DNA of 64,000 nt, taken from the IMG/VR virus record IMGVR_UViG_2872830528_000001, one strand, 5' to 3'. A model generated the notes under the pieces. That model searched no databases, was not told where the DNA came from, and saw only the letters and a program-made list of their open reading frames with translations. The DNA comes from an uncultured virus (IMG/VR IMGVR_UViG_2872830528_000001) (Duplodnaviria; Heunggongvirae; Uroviricota; Caudoviricetes). The translations under genes and the position numbers were made by a program. Below, in pieces: positions 57,728 to 64,000 of this stretch (its first letter is position 1; each line of letters starts with the position of its first letter).

Positions 57728-58081
57728 ATGAGAAGCATTCTCGGACGCGAGCCCGCGCTCGTCGTCGCCGCCGTCTCGGCCGGCCTCTCCCTCCTCGTCA
57801 CCTTCAACGTTGGCCTGTCAGGCGAGCAGGCAGGCGCCATCGTCGCCGTCATCTCCGCCGTCCTGGCAGCCGCGACCGCGGCCGTGACCCGACCGGTCGC
57901 CCCGTCGGCGTTCACCGGTCTCGTCGCCGCCGGCGTCGCCCTGCTCGCGGCCTACAACTTCAACGTGGCCCCGGAGACCGTCGGCGCCCTGAACGCGGTG
58001 GTGCTGGCGGTGCTTGGTCTCGTCACCCGCGGCCAGGTCAGCCCGGTCTCGGCCAGCAGCCGACCGCTGTCTGGGGTGTAG
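57728..58081 (+). CDS. Holin
   Basis: GREP start, four TM segments, R..V.P end; follows the lysin. Confidence 0.8.
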   Translation: MRSILGREPALVVAAVSAGLSLLVTFNVGLSGEQAGAIVAVISAVLAAATAAVTRPVAPSAFTGLVAAGVALLAAYNFNVAPETVGALNAVVLAVLGLVTRGQVSPVSASSRPLSGV

Positions 58082-58504
58082 GTGCCGCGCCGCGTAGCCC
58101 GGCGTCTGTCCCGGATCCTCGGCCGCCGCGGCGCGTTCCTCGCCTCCTTCGGGACGCTGTGGGCGCTGTACGGATTCGGGCAGCTCGTCGAGCCTCTGCC
58201 GGACACCCGCGGCATCCGGCTGCTGCTCAACCTGATGCCTCTCGACGCCTGGGCTTGCTGCTGGATCGTGTCCGGCCTGCTCGCTGTGGCGTCGTCTGCG
58301 CTGCCGGAAGGGCGGGACTGGCTTGCCTTCCCCGCCTTGCTGGCCATCGTCGTTCCCTGGATGCTCGCGTACCTCGTGTCGTGGTGGCCTCTCGGAGACA
58401 ACGCAAGGGGGTGGGTGACGGCGCTGATCTGGGCGGTAGCCGCAGTGCCGGTGATCGTGGTGGCGGGATGGCGCGAGCCTCCACGCCCCAAGAATCTGGA
58501 GTGA
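58082..58504 (+). CDS. Membrane protein in the lysis cassette
   Basis: Four hydrophobic segments; LGRRGAFL. Confidence 0.7.
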   Translation: MPRRVARRLSRILGRRGAFLASFGTLWALYGFGQLVEPLPDTRGIRLLLNLMPLDAWACCWIVSGLLAVASSALPEGRDWLAFPALLAIVVPWMLAYLVSWWPLGDNARGWVTALIWAVAAVPVIVVAGWREPPRPKNLE

Positions 58505-58508
58505 GCCC

Positions 58509-58871
58509 ATGAGCAACGCCGAGATGTGGACCGCAGTGTCCGGGGGCGTGGTGGGGGCCGCCTCAGCTGTGGCGACCTTCTGGGGCGGATGGGCGGCCCG
58601 CCGAACGAGAGGCGACCGAAGGCGCGACGACTTCACTGTCGTCACGGACCGAATGGAGACCGCGATCGTCCGGCAGGAGAAGCGGATCGCCGAGCTGGAG
58701 CAGAGCTCCGACCGGCAGGACCAGCGCCTGGAGGGCGCCGGTGTCGCGATCAGCTATCTCATCGAGCGGGTCCGCGGGCTGACGACATGGGTGCGGGCTG
58801 CGGGCCTTGAGCCGCCGGCCGCACCGCCCGTGCCGGAGCGGGCCCGCGAGTTCATCCACCACGACGTGTGA
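58509..58871 (+). CDS. TM plus coiled-coil protein in the lysis cassette
   Basis: N-terminal TM, coiled coil, Pro-rich end. Confidence 0.7.
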   Translation: MSNAEMWTAVSGGVVGAASAVATFWGGWAARRTRGDRRRDDFTVVTDRMETAIVRQEKRIAELEQSSDRQDQRLEGAGVAISYLIERVRGLTTWVRAAGLEPPAAPPVPERAREFIHHDV

Positions 58872-58882
58872 ACTGGATTGCT

Positions 58883-59032
58883 ATGAGCGAACCGCTGTCT
58901 GAGCGGCGTGTCTACCTGAGGGTCGACGAGACCGGCGGCGACGTGGCTGCCCTCGTCGACCTGGGCGTACTCGAGCCGCAGCCCGAACCCCCGCCGGACG
59001 AGCCGGCACCCGAGCCGATCCCTGAGAAATGA
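58883..59032 (+). CDS. Small Pro/Glu-rich protein
   Basis: 49-aa ORF ending at the terminator. Confidence 0.4.
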   Translation: MSEPLSERRVYLRVDETGGDVAALVDLGVLEPQPEPPPDEPAPEPIPEK

Positions 59033-59036
59033 CAGA

Positions 59037-59068
59037 GCCCCCGCCGCGTTACGCGGCGGGGGCCTTCT
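59037..59068 (+). terminator. Late operon terminator
   Basis: GCCCCCGCCGCG-TTA-CGCGGCGGGGGC then CTTCT. Confidence 0.8.
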
Positions 59069-59149
59069 GCTGTGCTGCATGCGCTGGCGGGACGCAAAAG
59101 GACTGAATTACGTCTGGCCTGAATTCAGTCCGCGTGCTAGGTTGGATCC

Positions 59150-59614
59150 ATGGACATCAGGACCGAACTCGACAACTTCCTCGGCGAGAAGCGCGCGCTG
59201 GTCGACGCGATCGCACGCGAGTTCCGCGCCGGCACACCGGCCAAGGAGATCGCCCGCACGGTCGCACCGGCCTTCAGCCGGGACCAGGTGACCCAGTACC
59301 TGTCTGCCGTCGCTCTGGCGGACAAGGCCCGAAAGGCCCTGGATGAGGCTGGGCTCGCTTTCGCCGCCGACGTGTTGGTGAGCGGTATCGACACGCCGCG
59401 CGAAGCGCGGCTGATCCCTGCAGCAGATCCGGAGGAGACCCCCGACTACCCCTCCCTGCCGACGCGGATCCGGGACGCGCTGCGCGCCTTCCACATCACC
59501 CTGGACCTGCTGCAGACCGGCGAGCACGACGAAGACACCAGCGACGCCGAGATCGACGGATTCTTCCTCGACGGCCAGCCCGTCCGCCTGATCAAACTGA
59601 AGCCGCGCACCTGA
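59150..59614 (+). CDS. Hypothetical protein (N-terminal HTH-like)
   Basis: Leaderless after TAGGTT; inverted repeat GGACTGAATT..AATTCAGTCC upstream. Confidence 0.65.
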   Translation: MDIRTELDNFLGEKRALVDAIAREFRAGTPAKEIARTVAPAFSRDQVTQYLSAVALADKARKALDEAGLAFAADVLVSGIDTPREARLIPAADPEETPDYPSLPTRIRDALRAFHITLDLLQTGEHDEDTSDAEIDGFFLDGQPVRLIKLKPRT

Positions 59615-59647
59615 CCCGTCGACAGGAACAACACTCCAAGGAAGGGC

Positions 59648-59848
59648 ATGATGAGTCAGATCACCGCCACCGAGTACGGCCTCGCCTCCAAGTCCCTCGA
59701 AGACATCGAGCCCCTGGGGCAGATCACCCAGCGACGCGCCGAGACCATCCTGAATGACAGCCGAAGGCAGTGGCCCGACGTGTACCTCGTACAGCGAACC
59801 GACGGCGCGGCCTGGCAGCCGGCCGCTTCCTTGCACCTCGGACGCTGA
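59648..59848 (+). CDS. Hypothetical protein
   Basis: RBS; followed by a hairpin at 59863-59884. Confidence 0.55.
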   Translation: MMSQITATEYGLASKSLEDIEPLGQITQRRAETILNDSRRQWPDVYLVQRTDGAAWQPAASLHLGR

Positions 59849-59949
59849 GGCCGAAGCACCTTGCCCCCTCCCACGGGAGGGGGCTCTTCGCCGTTCCTGA
59901 CCCGAAGACTGCCGCCACCTCGGCTTGCGAATGAAACAGCCTGCGACTT

Positions 59950-60159
59950 TCACGCCGCCTGGTACTGGTGCGCCCGCCCGCCCCGCCACTCGACCCAGCT
60001 TGGGTCGTCTAGGATCCGCTCGCCGTCGGGCAGCCCGGCCCGGCGCAGGAACTCGACGAGATCGTGGTCGTCATGGGCCAGGCCGAGGATCTCGCCGCCG
60101 GCGGTGACACGGCGGCCGCCCGTCGGGCTGGGACGGTGGACGACTATCGGAGCACCCAT
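59950..60159 (-). CDS. Conserved small actinomycete protein
   Basis: VH.PS..GGRRVT..ILG.A..D.DLVEFLRRAGL..VEWRGG. Confidence 0.7.
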   Translation of the reverse strand: MGAPIVVHRPSPTGGRRVTAGGEILGLAHDDHDLVEFLRRAGLPDGERILDDPSWVEWRGGRAHQYQAA

Positions 60160-60183
60160 GCCTCCAGGGTGCACCGGGGTCAG

Positions 60184-60528
60184 CTACTCGAGCACCCCGA
60201 GCTCGGAGTCGGGCCGGCAGATCTCACAGGCGCGGAGGCCGCCGCTGGTGATGGCCTGCCGGGCCTGTTCCTGGCTGAGGGGTTTCGTGTGGTGGCTGGC
60301 CATGCGGCAGTCGCCGAGGTGCACGGAGTCCGCAGACGCTTTGCCGCCGACGCGCAGGTAAGAGAGGACGAAGGCGGGACCTTCGGGCAGCGGCCGGCGG
60401 GAGGCACGCTCCCGTACCTTCGCGAGCTCGGCTTCGATCCAGCGCTCGGTCTGGGCGAGCTGGGAGCACTGCACGCGATACAGGAACCGCAGCTTCTCCA
60501 GCTCGGGCGACGTCGGCTCATCGGGCAC
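60184..60528 (-). CDS. DUF6233-like protein
   Basis: VHLGDC..QARQA..CEICRPD..LG. Confidence 0.75.
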   Translation of the reverse strand: MPDEPTSPELEKLRFLYRVQCSQLAQTERWIEAELAKVRERASRRPLPEGPAFVLSYLRVGGKASADSVHLGDCRMASHHTKPLSQEQARQAITSGGLRACEICRPDSELGVLE

Positions 60529-60584
60529 ATGTTCGATTCTAGTCCTGTGGATCGCCCCCGGCTGTCAGCGGCTGCTCGTACAGT
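60521..60584. promoter_or_regulatory. Divergent DNA-damage promoters: LexA-like box (-) and RecA-NDp/PafBC motif (+)
   Basis: TCGGGC-ACAT-GTTCGA next to TAGAAT(-); TGTCAG-N10-TACAGT(+) at 60563-60584. Confidence 0.55.
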
Positions 60585-60673
60585 GAGGCCATCCATCCGC
60601 GTCTACTGGCTGATGCGGCACTCGGACCCGCCCCGGCGTGATGCACCGGGGCGGGACACCCTCTGGAGACTCC

Positions 60674-61090
60674 ATGGAAGACCTGATCGCGTTCCTCCGC
60701 GCCCGCCTCGACGAAGACGAGGAACTGGCTCTCCAGGCGCAGCAGCTGGGCGGTGCGCCTTCCTGGGACTCGGCCGCCGATGTGTTGCTGCTTCCCGGCC
60801 TCAAGACGCGTCGCCGTCTGGCCGAGCAGGGCGTACCGGATGCCTTGCAGGACGCCGTAGAGGCGCACGCCGCCCGTCACGATCCCGCGCGGGTGCTGGC
60901 CGACGTCGACGCCAAACGGCGGATCGTGACCGCCTACGAGGAAGCCGCAACCGAGTTCCAGGACATTGGGCCCGGCATGGTGAGCTACGACCGAATGGTC
61001 GGGTCCGTCAGCTCCCTGCGGACCGCGATCGAGTGCCTCTCCCTGGCCTATGCCGACCACCCGGACTATCAGGACATGTGGCGGCCGTAG
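60674..61090 (+). CDS. DUF6221-like protein
   Basis: FLRARLDEDE..RHDPARVL..AKRRI..YADHPDY..W.P. Confidence 0.8.
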   Translation: MEDLIAFLRARLDEDEELALQAQQLGGAPSWDSAADVLLLPGLKTRRRLAEQGVPDALQDAVEAHAARHDPARVLADVDAKRRIVTAYEEAATEFQDIGPGMVSYDRMVGSVSSLRTAIECLSLAYADHPDYQDMWRP

Positions 61091-61101
61091 CTGTCGGCGC
61101 C

Positions 61102-61368
61102 CTACTTCTTCGCCTTCTCGGCTTCCTTGCGCTTCTTCTCCGCGTACCCCTCCGGGTTGAGCACGGCGAGCTTCACCTCGGCTTCGACGTCGAAGCGCGA
61201 CTGGCCCGTGGCCTTCGCGTGCTCCGTGATCGCGGCCTGGATGACCGTCGCGGCCTCGAGCCAGGGCGTCCACGCCTCGGCGCTGTACGGCCCGGCCTGG
61301 GCTTCCCGCTGGGCATCGACAGCAGCCTGCTGGATCTGGATGAGTTCGTCAGAGAGTTTGATCGGCAC
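61102..61368 (-). CDS. Hypothetical protein
   Basis: W..AA..QAAITEHA..SRFDVE; leaderless after TAGGAT. Confidence 0.7.
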   Translation of the reverse strand: MPIKLSDELIQIQQAAVDAQREAQAGPYSAEAWTPWLEAATVIQAAITEHAKATGQSRFDVEAEVKLAVLNPEGYAEKKRKEAEKAKK

Positions 61369-61378
61369 GGCACGGATC

Positions 61379-61558
61379 CTAAGCGGCGAGTTCCTGGTCG
61401 TCCTGTACCGCCTCGGTCCACGCGGCCACGAGCACCTGGTAGATCCGCTGCTCGTCCGCCGTCAGCGGGCGACGCTGTTCGCCGGCGCGCGCGTAGAGGC
61501 AGCGGATGGCGTCGTTCAGGGCTTCGAGGCTCGGGGTCTCTCTGGGGCGGTCGGGCAT
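61379..61558 (-). CDS. Small hypothetical protein, paralog of 136-321
   Basis: See 136-321. Confidence 0.75.
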   Translation of the reverse strand: MPDRPRETPSLEALNDAIRCLYARAGEQRRPLTADEQRIYQVLVAAWTEAVQDDQELAA

Positions 61559-61565
61559 GCAGCCA

Positions 61566-61587
61566 AGGCTAGGGCCCGGGTCTGACA
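61566..61587 (-). promoter_or_regulatory. RecA-NDp/PafBC-type promoter (TGTCAG-N10-TAGCCT)
   Basis: Motif with ATG 7 nt after the -10; same geometry as 329-350. Confidence 0.65.
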
Positions 61588-61741
61588 AAGCTGGCAGGAA
61601 TCGGGCGTGCGTTCCGCCACGGACACACGCCAGGGGAATGTCTGATTCCAAATAGATGCCCTGAGCCACTGTTGCCGGAGGGCAGGAGTCGTCATGCTCT
61701 GCCGTAAGGGGTGTCGCGGTCGATGGGCCGTGGCTGCACAG

Positions 61742-61972
61742 CTAGGGGAGGAGATCGCGCGTGGGGACGTTAAGCGCGCGAGCTACGCGAAGGAGGTGGC
61801 TGAATTTGGCATCGTTCTGGCCGCCCTCGATGCGCTGGATCGTGGACCGATCGATCTCGGCCCGGTGCGCGAGCTCTTCTTGCGTGAGGTCTGCATAGAG
61901 CCGGGCATCACGGATCCGCCGCCCTAGCGCCTGCTGGGCGCTGGTGATCCATTCGGGCTGATCGGCGGGCAC
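61742..61972 (-). CDS. XRE-family HTH regulator
   Basis: IRDAR..LTQEELAHRAEIDRSTIQRIEGG. Confidence 0.85.
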   Translation of the reverse strand: MPADQPEWITSAQQALGRRIRDARLYADLTQEELAHRAEIDRSTIQRIEGGQNDAKFSHLLRVARALNVPTRDLLP

Positions 61973-62269
61973 CAGACAAACGGTCGACCGATCAAGATCA
62001 TTTGTCAGCAGCTACTTTGCGGCTTTTTATGATCATGATTCAAGCGAGGCTGGAAGGGTATGGCCGGAAGTAACGCAAGACCGACAGCCCTGCGGCACCT
62101 AGCGCCAGCCGCAGGGCTACGTGTAGTTTCCATGATTCGAACGCTTGTTCACTCGAAAGGGTGAACAACTCCCCGGGGCTGCATCCGTTAGACAGGGTGA
62201 GGAGTCGTTCTCATAGACGTGCCGAGTCGGCTCTCAGGGTGGCCCCCATGTTGGCGGGCTCGGCACACA

Positions 62270-62310
62270 CGGCGACCCCCCTTCGACGGCAGAAGGGGGG
62301 TCGCCGCTTT
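62270..62310 (+). terminator. Strong intrinsic terminator
   Basis: 15-bp perfect stem CGGCGACCCCCCTTC/GAAGGGGGGTCGCCG followed by CTTT. Confidence 0.8.
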
Positions 62311-62475
62311 CGTGCTCCCACCTGCAGGTTCACCCGATCCTCTTGGGGGATTTTTAGGGGGCGAACCGCTGTACTGAGAGTGCCTAGAAGGGTAGTGAAG
62401 GTGTACTCAAAGTGCCGCACAAAGCAGAAGACCCAGGCCAAAGAACGCTCTGACCTGGGTCTTCTTCGACCTTTC

Positions 62476-62535
62476 GCGAGGTCAACACGGTGGGCGCGGA
62501 CGGTTTCGAACCGCCGACATCTGCTTTGTAAGAGC
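62476..62535. repeat. Right att site core
   Basis: Identical to 465-524. Confidence 0.97.
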
Positions 62536-62562
62536 AGCGCTCTACCCCTGAGCTACGCACCC
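62491..62562 (-). tRNA. tRNA-Val (anticodon TAC)
   Basis: GGGTGCGTAGCTCAGGGGTAGAGCG CTGCT-CTTACAA-AGCAG ATGTCGGCGGTTCGAAACCGTCCGCGCCCA cloverleaf; CCA not encoded. Confidence 0.95.
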
Positions 62563-62724
62563 GTGGAAGAGGCAACAGCCTACATGGCGCACGGGTGGGT
62601 GCCGCAATCCGGTATCTGGGGTGGCGGGGGGGGGTGGGGTGAACTGATCGGGTCGTGTGTTCGTCCTTACCGGGTGGGAGAATGAACCGGACCGGGCACG
62701 GCGGACACAGCACGGGAGAGGTAC

Positions 62725-64000
62725 GTGGCGGCGAGCGAGGCTAGGGGGGCGGCCGGGTCCGGCTTCGGGCGGGGCGGGCGGGCCGGTGGTGGGGGGCGGG
62801 TGCCTTCCGGGGTGCGGCTCGCGTTCGTTCTGCCTCTGCTGGTCGGGGCCCTGGTGCCGCACGCGTTCGCCGGCGGCGGGACCCGTCGTTGGTTCGGCGG
62901 GCGCGGCGAGGGGCAGCGGGCCGAGGCGCAGGCCGCCAAGGACGCCGCCGCCGCGGCCTTCTACGAGCTGGACACCGCCCAGCGCGGGCTGCGCATCTCC
63001 GTCGAGACCATCACGGCCGTCGACAGCTCCCCCGAGGCCCGCCGGGCCGTCGAGGGTTTCGAGGCCCTCGGGCGGCGGATCGACGAGGTCAGCCACACCT
63101 ACATCGCGGCGGTGGACGCCCACGACCTCGACCGCGACGAGCTCGACGCCGCCACCGCCAACCGCGCCCGGTCCGAACTGGCCCGCGCCAAGGAGGAGCT
63201 GGACCGGGTGAAGGGCGAGCTCGACCGGTACGAGGAGGGGCTCGCGCCGCTCCTCGGGCGGGCCGAGACCCAGCTCGCCCGGCTCGCCCCGGCCGTCGAG
63301 CGGGCCCGGCAGGCCCTGCGCGGCGCGAGCGGCGCCCTCGACTCCGTACGGGACGGCGGGCTGCGCGCCGACGACCTGGCCGCCCGGCTCGCCGCGCTCG
63401 GGCCCGAGCTCACCCGGCTCAACGAAGGCGCCGGACGGCACGGCGTCCCCGAGACCCTCCAGCGGGCCGACCGGGTACTGCGGGACGCCGAGGCCGTACG
63501 GGCCGAGGCCGAGCGGCTGCCCGAACGGGCCGCCGAGATCGACCGGCGCCTCGTCTCGCTCCGTACCCGCACCGAGGCGCTCACCACCCGCACCGGGGGT
63601 GTCGAGCCGGTCCTGTCCGAGCTGCGGCGGCGTTTCACCGCGCCCTGCTGGCAGGACCTCCAGCACGTGCCCGAGCAGGCCGCCGCCACGCTCCGGCAGG
63701 CCGAGGAGCGGCTCGCCGAGGCCGGGAAGGCGCGGGCCGAGCAGCGCTGGCCCGACGCGACCTCGCTCCTGTCGACCGTCCGCGCGCTGCTCGACTCCAC
63801 CGACGAGGCCGTGTCGGCCGCCGGGGACCGGCTCCGGCGGCTCGACGCCGTCGCCAAGGACCCGAAGGCGGAGATCGACCGTGCCCGGTTCGCCGTACGG
63901 GACGCCCAGCGGCTCGCCATGGCCGGGCGCAGCACCCCCGACCCCCGGCACGCCCGGCCCCTCGACGAGGCGGTCGCGCGGCTCGACCGGGCGGTGGACG
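62725..64000 (+). CDS. Host chromosomal membrane-anchored coiled-coil protein (runs off the window end)
   Basis: GGAGAGG RBS, N-terminal TM, very high GC3, frame open to the window end. Confidence 0.7.
   Translation, partial: MAASEARGAAGSGFGRGGRAGGGGRVPSGVRLAFVLPLLVGALVPHAFAGGGTRRWFGGRGEGQRAEAQAAKDAAAAAFYELDTAQRGLRISVETITAVDSSPEARRAVEGFEALGRRIDEVSHTYIAAVDAHDLDRDELDAATANRARSELARAKEELDRVKGELDRYEEGLAPLLGRAETQLARLAPAVERARQALRGASGALDSVRDGGLRADDLAARLAALGPELTRLNEGAGRHGVPETLQRADRVLRDAEAVRAEAERLPERAAEIDRRLVSLRTRTEALTTRTGGVEPVLSELRRRFTAPCWQDLQHVPEQAAATLRQAEERLAEAGKARAEQRWPDATSLLSTVRALLDSTDEAVSAAGDRLRRLDAVAKDPKAEIDRARFAVRDAQRLAMAGRSTPDPRHARPLDEAVARLDRAVD

Larger units (their letters stand above)
465..62535. 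mobile_element. Complete temperate siphovirus-like prophage integrated in tRNA-Val(TAC)
   Basis: 60-bp direct repeats at both ends that match the tRNA 3' part; integrase next to the left repeat; full set of lysogeny, replication, packaging, head, tail and lysis genes. Confidence 0.97.

Overview
High-GC actinobacterial DNA, most likely Streptomyces. Almost the whole window (465-62535, ~62 kb) is an apparently complete temperate siphovirus-type prophage. It is integrated into the 3' part of a tRNA-Val(TAC) gene and bounded by a 60-bp direct repeat. From left to right it carries: a tyrosine integrase; a CI/Cro switch; a long early operon (RecE-like nuclease, Sak4-like ATPase, WhiB, initiator with an internal iteron origin, DnaC-like loader); a ~12-kb accessory block; fibre-like structural genes with a glycosyltransferase/methyltransferase/epimerase cluster; HNH, a putative cos site, terminase, portal and capsid; a second glycosyltransferase; tail genes with a lambda-type G/GT frameshift; a lysis cassette; and small DNA-damage-regulated genes near the right att. 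The most unusual feature is the accessory block. Next to a HigBA-like toxin-antitoxin pair it encodes a Streptomyces plasmid/AICE-type conjugation module: two NUDIX proteins, a repressor, an SpdB-like protein, a TraB/FtsK translocase and a clt-like repeat array. This module has no integrase or replicase of its own, which suggests a phage that may also spread by TraB-mediated conjugation. Other notable signals are probable virion glycosylation, paired CYGGA-loop hairpins over late-gene ribosome binding sites, pervasive C-terminal Ala-Ala degron-like ends, and a remnant of a related element outside the left att. All family assignments come from motif recognition by eye, not database searches.
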